Source: Malacoraja senta (Eukaryota). Taken from it: a stretch of DNA of 64,000 nucleotides. How positions within the stretch are numbered: position 1 is the first letter of the stretch; every line of letters starts with the position of its first letter. The stretch spans positions 62,001 through 126,000 of the forward strand of contig JAXLNO010000539.1 in the NCBI GenBank assembly GCA_038087875.1, written 5' to 3'. The notes under the pieces are model-generated. The model did not search any database. It was given only the letters and a program-made list of their open reading frames with translations, and had not been told where the DNA came from. A program made the position numbers and the translations under genes. This document shows positions 45,830 through 57,334 of the stretch, piece after piece.

Positions 45830-46894
45830 CTAGGCATAGGGCAGCAAGATTTTATATTTATAAAGTAGCTTTCAGGTTTGAAATTTAAGAGCTATAAGAT
45901 TCTAAAGTATACGTTACAGAACTGAAGGTAAATGATTGATAAGTTGCCAGTGCAATGGGAGCCCGTATGGATAATGGACAGGAAAGATCTCTGCTTGTAA
46001 GGATATGCAAGGGCATCAAACTATTCACAATAAACAAATTAGATGATGGAAAAGAAAGATACAAATCCACATTTTAAAGGCGGGAATATTGCAAACTGTA
46101 CAGATGGAAGTGTTAAACTACAAAAAGAGATTTAAAAAAAGGAGCAAAGAGCTTAATAGAATGCAGATTTTTATGTCTAAATGCCAGGTACGTAGGGTTG
46201 GATACCTGGAGTACTAAACACACTATCTAGTAGTCTCTGGGGATGGCACCTCAAAATTACATTGAGGTGATAAAAAAAATGAAATGTGGAAGCTGATTAC
46301 TAAGTAATATATTAGACAATAGACAATAGGTGCAGGAGTAGGCCATTTGGCCCTTCGAGCCAGCACCGCATATTGTGTTATGTGCATATGACCAAGGACG
46401 AATTTTTAATACAGTAAAGAAAATCAGGCTTGTAAATGAAGGTGCCGCAATGTGTCTATTGACCTTTGTTTGTGAGCATAGCTTATTGTTAACTAATTAT
46501 TACAAATAACATGACCAATGTACAAAGCAACGTAATAGTGATATCTATGAGCCAGACCTTATGTCTGACTAACATATTTCATAATTTCATAAAACATCAG
46601 GTCAATTGTTCTCATATTTCATGAACTTATTGTTTAATAGAATCTCCGGATTGATAGAGGCAATGATGCTGGATTGAAATAATGCACTATGTAAAATGAA
46701 ATGATAGTTCTGTTCTTATAAATCAATCATCACCGATTTGCAGTCATCATAACTACTGGGAAAAAGAGTCAAGGTTGTAGAGCTTTGAGATGCAGGGGGG
46801 AATGGGTGACCTGAAGCAAATTAGCCAAAGGCTAATCATTTGCACGTACAGCAAGTAATTAGGAAAACTAGCAGTTGAGGAGCTGAAACCATAC

Positions 46895-47048
46895 CTTCTT
46901 TCATTACTCCACTCTTTCCTACTGGGGAGTTTTCAACCACGTCCTTGATGAAGATGCCATCATCACTGCCACTTATAGTAAACCCATGTGCAGCAGCCCC
47001 CGCCCAGCTAGGGAGCAACACATCAAGGTCATCCTCTTTCTTGGCCAT
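46895..47048 (-). CDS. AHNAK: AHNAK first coding exon (PDZ N-half), 154 nt, starting exactly at the ATG
   Basis: ttgtttctgcag|ATG...AAA GAA G|gtatgg encodes MAKKEDDLDVLLPSWAGAAAHGFTISGSDDGIFIKDVVENSPVGKSGVMKE, homologous to human MEKEETTRELLLPNWQGSGSHGLTI...VVKE. Confidence 0.95.
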
Positions 47049-47079
47049 CTGCAGAAACAAGAGGGTACAAAGTAATAGT

Positions 47080-47886
47080 GAGGTTATCCACTTTGGTGGC
47101 AAAAACAGGAAAGTAGACTATTATCTAAATGGTGGCCGATTAGGAAAAGGGGAGATGCAACGAGACCTGGGTGTCATGGTACACCAGTCATTGAAAGTAG
47201 GCATGCAGGTGCAGCAGGCAGTGAAGAAAGCGAATGGTATGTTAGCATTCATAGCAAAAGGATTTGAGTATAGGAGCAGGGAGGTTCTACTGCAGTTGTA
47301 CAGGGTCTTGGTGAGACCACACCTGGAGTATTGCGTACAGTTTTGGTCTCCAAATCTGAGGAAAGACATTCTTGCCATAGAGGGAGTACAGAGAAGGTTC
47401 ACCAGACTGATTCCTGGGATGTCAGGACTTTCATATGAAGAAAGACTGGATAGACTCGGCTTGTACTCGCTAGACTTTAGAAGATTGATGGGGGATCTTA
47501 TAGAAACTTACAAAATTCTTAAGGGGTTGGACAGGCTAGATGCAGGAAGATTGTTCCCGATGTTGGGGAAGTCCAGGACAAGGGGTCACAGTTTAAGGAT
47601 AAAGGGGAAATCCTTTAGGACCGAGATGAGAAAAACATTTTTCACACAGAGAGTGGTGAATCTCTGGAACTCTCTGCCACAGAAGGTAGTTGAGGCCAGT
47701 TCATTGGCTATATTTAAGAGTGAGTTAGATGTGGCCCTTGTGGCTAAAGGGATCAGGGGGTATGGAGAGAAGGCAGGTACAGGATACTGAGTTCGATGAT
47801 CAGCCATGATCCTATTGAATGGCGGTGCAGGCTCGAAGGGCTGAATGGCCTACTCCTGCACCTATTTTCTATGTTTCTATGTTTCT
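47080..47886 (+). mobile_element. Young 5'-truncated CR1-clade LINE (open ORF2 C-terminus)
   Basis: Uninterrupted EVIHFG...RDLGV...LVRPHLEYCVQFWSP...RVVNLWNSLP...GY*; (tttctatg)n tail; ATAGT duplicated at 47075-47079 and 47887-47891. Confidence 0.95.
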
Positions 47887-48854
47887 ATAGTCAAATACTT
47901 ATTCACTGTGCAGAGAATGCTGACTGGAGATTTATTGTTTGGCACTAGATCTGTACAAGAGGACCGCTGGTTAGTATTGCCCTTGCTACATGGTTTACTG
48001 TTTCAACAAAGAAAAGTAGCAAGTGATACATTTTGATTGGAAAAATGAGAAGAAATACAAGTTAAACCGTACACTTCTAAAGAAAGCACAAGACCAAAAA
48101 GACCTGGGATTGTGTACGTAATAGTTGCCAGAGCATTTAATGAAGTATATAGAGGATCTCAGATTTATAAACAGAAGCACTGAGATATAGTAAAATAATA
48201 ATTAAACTTTAGCTTAAAGTCTAGCCAAGGAATTCTAGCACAGCGATAAGGGTGTACCAGATAAGCATTGTAACAGGGAGCCAATGATCACTGGCTCACT
48301 TGATGTACACTTTCTAATTATCATGATCATATTGAATGGCGGTGCTGGCTCGAAAAACATCTATTTTCCATGTAAAAAATGTGCCACCTGAAGTCTGTTC
48401 TGAGCCCAGGGTCAGTATACCTACTGTATGTACCTGATTGAACCTCTGTAGTGACTGAAGGACAAGTGTCGTGGTGGTAGGAAAGCAATATGGATTCTGA
48501 AGTTTGGTGGAGGAGAGGAACATCATAGGCCTCAAATGTTGGGTAAGGTGTAAGAGTGTACTATCTGTTCTTGGGGCCCTGTTGTTTTTCATTTGTCATT
48601 TTATCGAGGTGTACAAAATCATGAGAGGAATAGATCGGGTAAATGCACAGAGTCTCTTGCCCAGAGTAGAGGAATCAAAAACTAGTTAAAAGTGAGATAA
48701 AACTAGTTAAAAAAAGATTTAATAGGAACCCGAGGCGTAACTTATTTTACATAAAGGGTGGTGGGTGTATGAAACGAGCTGCCGGAGGAGGTAGTTGAAG
48801 CAAGTACTATCGCAACATTTAGACAGGAACATGGATAGGACAGGTTTAGAGGGA

Positions 48855-49170
48855 TAGAAACATAGAAAATAGGTGCAGGAGTAGGCCATTCAGCCCTTCG
48901 AGCCTGAACCGCCATTCAATATGATCATGGCTGATCATCCAACTCAGTATCCTGTACCTGCTTTCTCTCCATACCCCCTGATCCCTTTAGCCACAAGGGC
49001 CACATCTAACTCCCTCTTAAATATAGCCAATGAACTGGCCTCAACTACCTTCTGTGGCAGAGAATTCCAGAGATTCACCACTCTCTGTGTGAAAAAATGT
49101 TTTTCTCATCTCAGTCCTAAAAGATTTCCCCTTTATCCTTAAACTGTGACCCCTTGTTCTGGACTTCCCC
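48855..49170 (-). mobile_element. Young CR1 3' end nested in an older plus-strand CR1 fragment (~48595-49290)
   Basis: Near-exact reverse complement of 47570-47885; the host element resumes at ~49190. Confidence 0.9.
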
Positions 49171-49577
49171 AGAACAAGGGGTCAAATGTGGATATGGGCC
49201 AAACGTGGGCAGGTGGGACGAGTGTGGATGGGACATGTTGATTGGTGCAGCAAGTTGGGTCAAAGGGCGTGTTTCCACACTATGACTCTATCTGCCAATT
49301 CAGACTTCTTCTTGGTCTGGCTAAGCTGGATGGAATAGTTTTGGAATGGAGTCAGCAAGATTAGTACATGGATGTTTGGGCCATAAATGGAGTTGATGGT
49401 GCTGAAGATCATGCACACATTATGGTTATGATGAAGTTGCTGGTCCTCCTGCACTCCTGCAACACATCTCCTGTTACTTTAGATTATGGGCGTCCTGTTG
49501 GATATTGGCCTTCAGATATCTCTACAACTGTTGCGTTTCAGGTGTGACATGGTAGAAAGTTTGGACTGCAGTAATAT

Positions 49578-49930
49578 AAAATCATGAGGGGAATAGATTG
49601 GGTAGATGCATAGAGTCTCTTGCCCAGAATAGGTGAATCGAGGACCAGAGGACATAGGTTTAAGGTGAAGGGGAAAAGATTTAATAGGAATCTGAGGGGT
49701 AACTTTGTCACACAAAGGGTGGTGGGTGTATGGAACGAGCTGTCAGAGGAGGTAGTTGAGGCTGGGGCTATTCCAATGTTTTAGAAACAGGTACATGGAT
49801 ATGATAGGTTTGGAGGGATGTGGGGCAAACGTCGGGAGGTGGGACTAGTGTAGCTGGGACATGTTGGCCAGTATGAGCAAGTTGGGAGGACGGGCCTGTT
49901 TCCACGCTGTATGACTCTATAACTCTATGC
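49578..49930 (+). mobile_element. CR1/HER1-like LINE 3' end (second family)
   Basis: aaaatcatgaggggaatagat...gggcctgtttccacgctgtatgactcta; the tail resembles the V-SINE tail. Confidence 0.75.
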
Positions 49931-49999
49931 AGTTTATTATGTATGGATTTTCTGTTCGTACTCAACAAATGTACCTGGTATTTCCCAGTAGAGAACTCA

Positions 50000-50435
50000 A
50001 GAGAAAGACTGGATAGACTCGGCTTGTACTCGCTAGAATTTAGAAGATTGAGGGGGAATCTTATAGAAACTTACAAAATTCTTAAGGGGTTGGACAGGCT
50101 AGACGCAGGAAGACTGTTCCCGATGTTGGGGAAGTCCAGAACAAGGGGTCACAGTTTAAAGATAAGGGGGAAGTCTTTTAGGACCGAGATGAGAAAAACA
50201 TCTCGGTCACACAGAGAGTGGTGAATCTGTGGAATTCTCTGCCACAGAAGGTAGTTGAGGCCAGTTCATTGGCTATATTTAAGAGGGAGTTAGATGTGGC
50301 CCTTGTGGCTAAAGGGATCAGGGGGTATGGAGAGAAGGCAGGTACAGGATACTGAGTTGTATGATCAGCCATGAATGGCGGTGCAGGCTCGAAGGGCCGA
50401 ATGGCCTACCCCTGCACCTATTTTCTATGTTTCTA
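50000..50435 (+). mobile_element. Young CR1 3' end
   Basis: ERLDRLGLYSLEFRRLRG...; nearly identical to 47440-47885. Confidence 0.9.
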
Positions 50436-52364
50436 AGTCTCTTTGGGGATGTTATATATGGGGGACCTCAGGGCACTCGGATGGTGTTGGCATTCTGATG
50501 CTCCATTTGGTTGGAAGCTATCAGATTGACTTTGAGAAACTATCTGACATCAGCTTCCTTTGGAGGATCCTTGAGCAGATTAATAATCCTTGATAATTAA
50601 TCTCCTATTTTTAATGAAAGCTTTTATCCTTGCTTTGTAAGATTTTGTGTTATAACTTATAAAGCATGTACCTGTGGCATGTAATGATGTTGCTTGTGTT
50701 AAGTTGTCTAAAGCTATACATCACATATCGAAATGACATATACAACTATTTTAAACAAATTTATCTCTACATTACTACACCTATGAGGTCAAAAGCAGAC
50801 ATGCTGAAAGGACATACTTTTGTGCAATTTCTTTGTCTCTTAAAATAGGAAACAAAATCGCTGCCACTTCCTTGGCTGGTAATAGGTCTTTTACTTCACG
50901 TGCTTGCTTCTGGCTCACGGCACTGGAAGAGAAGGAACAGGAGTCAAACTCAAAGTTTAAAAGCTGGGATGTTTATTCCATGTCCTGGACTGATGGTGCA
51001 ATAGAACAAGAAAAAAAATACCAGAAAACATCAGGACTGTCATCAACCCAACTTTTTCGGAGAAGGGAACCTGTGGCCTGACCTACACATGAAACAGTCT
51101 AATTTTCATGGTGCTTTTTGTGGTGGCCCAGCAAGCCCACTTAGGAAACACTATCAATCATTTGTAGACTATAAATTGTGTATCTAATTCTCTGCTGGAG
51201 TAGAAACAATGCCTCCACCACACCACCCCACTTCACCTTTTTGATTTTATGATCAAATGAGCCAAGAAGCCCAGGAAAAATCCCAATATTACATAATCAA
51301 GGACGAGTTGCAAACCCTGGCCACTCCCTCTTCTCCCCTCTCCCATCAGGCAAAAGGTATAGAAGTGTGAAAATGTACACCTCCAGATTCATGGGGTTTC
51401 TTCCCAGCTGCTATCAGGCAACTGAATTATCCCACCACAATCAGAGAGCAGTGCTGAACTATGTACCTCTTTGGTGACCCTCGGACCATCCTTGATCGGA
51501 TTTCTCTGGCTTTACTTAACGTTATTCCCTTATCATCCCTTATCTACACACGGTAAATGGATCGATTGTAATCATGTATTGTCTTTTGCTGACCGGATAG
51601 CACGCAAGAAAAGCTTTTCACTGTACCTTGGTACACGTGACAATAAACTAAACTGATTCCATGAATTCAGTGCTTAGGCTCTCAGTAGTCTAGGGAAGGT
51701 CAAATAATGATCTGAACAATATTTTTACAGAGTCGTAGAGAGATGCAATTTGGAAACTGGCCCTTTGGCCAACTGAATCCTTACCGACCATTAAACACCC
51801 CCTTTTCCTACACTAATCGAACCGTGACCCATTTCATTCTGCCAACATTCCCATCAATTCACAGCCTCCAACATTCTACCACTCATCTAGGCACCATTGC
51901 CAAATAACCTGCCAATCCATACATTTTAGGATATGGGAGGAAACCCAGAGGAGCACCCAGAGCAAACCGATGTGATGAAGGGGGACAACGTCATTGATCA
52001 GGCTTGAAAGTGTTGTGGTTTTACAGATTATATAAGATACATTTAATACAGAAAATAATATCTACTATAAAAGCACCATTAGTAGCTGGAACCGTGAGGC
52101 AATATCTACTAATAGCAACGATGTGTTGGCTGTTTCTGCCAGTATGATCATCAGCGAAGGACAGGGCAAGGCTCAGCCTCAACTGTCACCGTGTTTATTT
52201 GTCCGCTCGCTGCAACTCAAGAGACTCTTAAAAGCCCAGGTTCAGAGAACAAGATGTCCAAGAAATAATTTACCAACAGAAAACAGAACCTTTGGGAGAT
52301 GTTCATATTGGGAAGAGGGAAATAACATTCCAAATTAATTTTACTGAACTACTCGATTTGCAAA

Positions 52365-52635
52365 TCATCATCGTCGGAAACATCAACGGGCACGGTGCCT
52401 TACAATGCTCTGTACGACAGTGATCGCAACTTCTACTGAAGTGTGGATGGCCGTTGGCTCGTTAGAAGCTCATCCACCCTTTGACAGGTCTAGATTTTGT
52501 TCCTGCTGGGGATCCACATCCCCCTCCTCACCAGGTGGGGAAGACAATTTAGTCGCCGACTATCCGACCATGGAGCAGGTAGCACAAGATTACATGGTAC
52601 CCGTGGCAGGGGGGAGAACTCCCCCCGACCTGACC
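52365..52635 (-). mobile_element. Short unclassified retro-like repeat, internally deleted copy
   Basis: Shares ~230 bp with 62910-63152 and ends at the same point (ccccccgacctgac); (gat)n tail on the minus strand. Confidence 0.65.
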
Positions 52636-53624
52636 ATTTGTGTACCAAAACTCTTGCAAATTTACTGCTTCTAATGCTTTAAGTGAAAATGTTTTCACCT
52701 TGTTAAGTACTAAGCTTCAAAAGGGATTCAAGACCAGAACAATTCACTTTGAAGACAAATAATATTTGCATCGGTTGTGTTCTAAAGCATAAAAGATTTG
52801 TGTTTTGACAGCTGTGAGGGAAGTATAGCTTTCAAAGGGCTGAAAGCAGTTGCAACGTGATTATCTAGTGATTTTTCCATGATACGCAGCAAACTAGGGC
52901 CAGTCTCGTATTACTGCCCATATTAGGCTCTGATATGACAAAATGTTTTGATCTGATTAAAACATCCCTAGTGATAAGAAGAAAAGGAATAATTTATTAA
53001 CAACCTGTCAAGACAAGATTTCGCATTTGGAGGGAAGGGTTTCGGCCAGAAACATTGCCTATATCCTTCGCTCCATAGATGCTGCCGCACCCGCTGAGTT
53101 TCTCCAGCACTTTTGTCTACCTGTCAGACAAGACTCTGGTTTAATTCAAAGTTTGCCTCACTTTCCTGTTCAATGCATAACGTTCACCCTGATCTTAATA
53201 TGGAATAGTACAGCTCAGGAACAGGTCTTTCTGCCCACAATGTTAATGCCGAACATGATGCCTAGCTGAACTGATCTCGCCCACCCGCACATGATCCATA
53301 TCTCTCCATTCCTTGCATTTGCATGTGTCTATCCAAAAGCCTCTTAAACGCCACTATCGTAACTGGCAACATTATCCAGTCAGCTTAGTGACCCGTTTGA
53401 AAACCATCCCCTGTGAGGAGGAGGAATTCTTATGCTTAGTGCCAACATTGTTCATTCAAGATCTGAAACACAACCTCTGTGCATCCATTGTCACGCTAGT
53501 TTATTTTCAAGCTTACTGGCAGCAGTGTTGCCTGAAAAAAGAAACATGAAATCATCCGCAAAAGGATTTGCTCCCTCGTGCACGACTCGTATAGACCACG
53601 AATTATCTGCCACTCCCACTCCTT

Positions 53625-53920
53625 TAGTTTAGTTTAGAGATACAGCGGGGAAACGGTCCCCTAAGCCCACCGAGTCCACACCGACCAGCGATCCCCGCAC
53701 ATTAACACCATCCGACATACACCGGGGACAATTTATACTTATACCAAACCAATTAACCTACAATACTGTACATCGTTGGAGTGTGGGAGGAAACCAAAGA
53801 TCTTGGAGAAAACCCACACGGTCACGGGGAGAACGTACAAACACCGTACAGACACGCACCCGCAGTCAGGATGGAACCCGGGTCCCCGGCGCTGCGAGGC
53901 AGCAACTCTACCGCTGCACC
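53625..53920 (-). mobile_element. V-SINE (HE1-like)
   Basis: Reverse complement of the full SINE, with (tttag)n tail. Confidence 0.9.
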
Positions 53921-54264
53921 AACATGCCGCCCTGATCTCCTGATCACTCATTGCACCGTGAAATGTGGTGTGGATGAGGGGGGGGGGGGGGGGCAGAGGA
54001 CAAGTCAGCTCAGTCACTCTACCCTGCAGGCAAACAGTAATACCAGCGTTCAACATCTAGGGCTATTTGTGAGCAACTGGTTGAGATACAAAGAGGGCTT
54101 CCCATGGATCTGCACCGTCGACATAAGAAGAGAAAGTGGCTTTGAATAAAACCTTTGAAAGTCTCAAATTTATTTGTTATTAAACGAGCTGGCATGCATC
54201 AAAATAAATAAGTAAACATGGTTTTGTGGTTAGCTAGCCAGAATCTTGTGCCCAATGACTTTAG

Positions 54265-54660
54265 TCAAGTCAAGTTGTCACATTTATTTATATAGCACAT
54301 TTAAAAAACAACTCTCGTTGGCCAAAGTGCTTTACGTTTGTTATAAGAATAGCATAAACAAAACAAACTACATACATATATACATGTAGCCCTCAGAGGA
54401 CGTCAGGAAAGGCTTGGGAGTATAGATAAGTTTTTAGTCTTGACTTAAAAGAGTCGATGGAGGGGGCAGTTCTGATGGGTAAGGGGATGCTGTTCCACAG
54501 TCTAGGGGCTGCAACCGCAAAGGCGCGGTCGCCCCTGAGCTTATGCCTAGACCGTGGGATATTCAGCAACCCCAAGTCGGCCGATCTGATGGGCCTGGAG
54601 GTGGAGTAGTGGGTGAGAAGACTTTTTATGTAGGTGGGGGCAAGCCCATTGAGGACTTTA
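54265..54660 (-). mobile_element. L2-clade LINE 3' end
   Basis: GDRAFAVAAPRLWNSIPLPIRTAPSIDSFKSRLKTYLY, a typical L2 ORF2 C-terminus. Confidence 0.85.
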
Positions 54661-54741
54661 GGAATGGTGAGTTATTTTCTACTTGTTGCAAATAAGGGAG
54701 GCCACCTAAAAGCTAGCTGACACTGTTTGCTTTTTTTAAAA

Positions 54742-54900
54742 TCAGCCTTGGCTGAGTAAAAGCACAGTCATTGGTGAGTCAGAAAATATGGGTTCAAATC
54801 CCATTCCAGAGACTCAAACCCATTTCCTATGTTGACATTGCAGCAGCATACTGAGGAAGTCATTTTTCATTAAACTGTTGAGAACAAACAAAAGATCACA
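54742..54900 (+). mobile_element. Ancient DeuSINE/SacSINE1-like fragment
   Basis: tcagccttggctgagt...gagtcagaaaatatgggttcaaatcccattccagagact...gacattgcagcagcatactgagg resembles the tRNA head and following domain of shark DeuSINEs, recognised from memory. Confidence 0.55.
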
Positions 54901-55009
54901 TTGCACCCAACATTTTAAATTTATTGGTTGTTAAGAGCCAAAACGATGTGACAAAATCCTACATAACGTAAACTATTTATTACGTTTGTTTGTTCAGCCT
55001 TGACGAAGA

Positions 55010-56480
55010 CTTCAAGAATCAAGAGTGTTTTATTGCCATATGTCCTGACGGAACAATGAAATTCTTAATTTCAACATCACGACAGATATGTAAACATAGT
55101 ACTCTCCAAGCACTCTGTAATTAACCACAAAAATGTCCAAAACTCACACACACAATAATAGTGGAAAGGCAAAAAACAATCCCCCCAAGTCCATGTTTAA
55201 GAAAGAACTGCAGATGCTGGAAAAATCGAAGGTGGACAAAAGTGCTGGAGAAACACAGCGGGTGAGGCAGCATCTATGGAGCTGTTTTGGGTCGAGACCC
55301 TTCTTCAGTCTGAAGAAGGGTCTCGACCCGAAACGTCACCCATTCCTTCGCTCCATAGATGCTGCCTCACCCGCTGAGTTTCTCCAGCATTTTTGGCTAT
55401 CCCCCAAGTCTATGTAGTTCGGAGTTTATTTGGAGGTTGTAGTGTTTAATAGCCTGATGGTTGCAGGGAAGAAGCTGCTCCTGAACCTGGATATTACAGT
55501 TTTAGAGCTCCTACGCCTTCCTAATGGCAGGAGTGAAATGAGAGTGTGGCCAGGGTGGTGTGTCTCTGATGCCTTTTTGAGGCAGCATCACCCGGTGGGG
55601 TCACAACATCAGAAGCCTGGATCACCTCAGCGCAGAGGGAGAACAAGGAGGGAAGAGACAGAGACTTTAAGACTTTTGCCTCCATCACAGTGAGGAGGTG
55701 CCTGGTGAACTCACTGTGGTGGATGTTAATTTGTGTTTATTGTGTGTTTTGTTATTTATTATTATATGTATGACTGCAGGCAACGAAATTTCGTTCAGAC
55801 CGAAAGGTCTGAATGACAAATAAAGAATCTCTAAATCTCTAACTCCTGTAGATCCCTTTGATGGTGGGGAGGTCAGTACCCGTGATGGACTGGGGCAGTG
55901 CTCACCACTTTCTCGAATCTTCGTTCATGGATGTTCGAATTGCAGAACCAGGCCATAATGCAACCAATCAACATGTTCTCTATTGTACACCTGTTGAGGT
56001 GCAAGCAAGAGAGTATTCGTTGACATACCGAATCTCCTCAAATTTCTAAAGAAGTAGAAGAAGCTTTGATATGCTTACTTTATGATTGCATCAATGAGCT
56101 GGGTGGAGAACAGATCTTCAATCCAGGATCTTGAAGTTTTTGACTCCACCACCGTCCCATCGAGGAAGGTAGATTTATGGATCCTCGACCTTCCTCTTCC
56201 AAATTAGTTCCTGGGTTTCACCGACGTTGAGAGCAAGGCTATTGTTCAGGCACCATTTGGTCAGTCGATCGATCTCCCTCTTATACTCTGACTCATCACC
56301 ATCTGTAAGTCGTTCAACAACAGTGGCGTCGTCGGTGAATTTGAAGATGGAGTTGAAATTGTGTCCGGCTACACATTCATGAGTATACAGTGAGTATAGG
56401 AGGGGGCTGAGCACGCAGTGTTGAGGTGCCCCGGTGCTGATGGTTATCGGGGAGGAAGTGTTGCTGCCAATTTGTGCAGA
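55010..56480 (-). mobile_element. Rex1/Babar-like LINE RT and 3' end, with nested insertions
   Basis: ISTGAPQHCVLSPLLYSLYTHECVA...IFKFTDDATVV...WCLNNSLALNV. Confidence 0.8.
55197..55398. mobile_element. Palindromic Penelope-derived mini-element with back-to-back hammerhead-like motifs
   Basis: Perfect 20-bp arms 55289-55308 and 55310-55329, outer arms ~55238-55282 and 55350-55394; ~17-bp target duplication atccccc(c)aagtcYatgt. Confidence 0.85.
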
Positions 56481-56837
56481 TTGTGTTCTGTTGATGGTCC
56501 ATCTGCTTTTGTACAATTTCATTTTGTAACCCCACAACCCAAACCCATTCCAAATCATATTCCAACAGTATGACAGAAGCATTAAAAAGCTTTAGTTAGA
56601 CAGCTGCAATAATAAATTATCTCAGTGGAACATGAGAGATGTAGCAGCTGCAAATGGGCTATTCCATCCACAAGACAAAGACAAAAAAAAAAAACTCCTT
56701 TTACTGGGACATGTCCACAAGCCAGAGAATGACTCACAAATGTGTCCTGTCCGATGTGCAACCACAAAGAATGGGAATGCCCCAAAAAATTTTCACTTGG
56801 AGATGTGGAGAGGATGTTTTTCACTAGAGGACTAGAG

Positions 56838-57130
56838 ATCATAGCCTCTAGAATTAAAGGACGTTCTTTTAGGAAGATGGGGAGAAATGTCTTTAGTCAG
56901 AGGGTGGTGAATCTGTGGTATTCTTTGCCACAGATGGCTGTGGAGGCCAAGTCAGTGGATAATTTTAAGGCAGGGGTAGAATTTTGATTAGTACAGGTGT
57001 CAGAGGTTATGGGGAGAAGGCAGGAGAATGGAGTTAGGAGGGAGAGATAGATCAGCCATGATTGAATGACGACATAGACTTGATGGACCGAATGGCCTGA
57101 TTCTACTCCTATTCCTTATGACTTTATGAC
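56838..57130 (+). mobile_element. CR1-clade LINE 3' end
   Basis: RIKGRSFRK...FSQRVVNLWYSLPQMAVEAKS. Confidence 0.8.
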
Positions 57131-57334
57131 CTCTCCTCATCTGTGCCACACTAACGCTCCCGACTCAAATGAGCAATGGTGGGGAGGCGGTAGCAGTATT
57201 CTTCTGATCTGTAAATGAGAGGGCTTCACAACTCATCACTGAATCGAGTGTCTCCAGGACATGATGATCATTGTGTAGATTTTGACAATGGCACAAGCAA
57301 ACAAGAGTTATTTTATTTTTAAAAAGGCACTAAT

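Noticed and set aside
46945..47790. 281-aa plus-strand ORF overlapping the AHNAK ATG exon
   Set aside because: Chance fusion of antisense exon sequence with a truncated CR1 ORF2; not a host gene.
50821..52340. Non-repeat blocks (~50.8-51.1 kb and ~52.1-52.3 kb) as AHNAK 5'UTR exons or promoter
   Set aside because: No convincing acceptor-donor pair or CpG island; cannot be called without transcript data.
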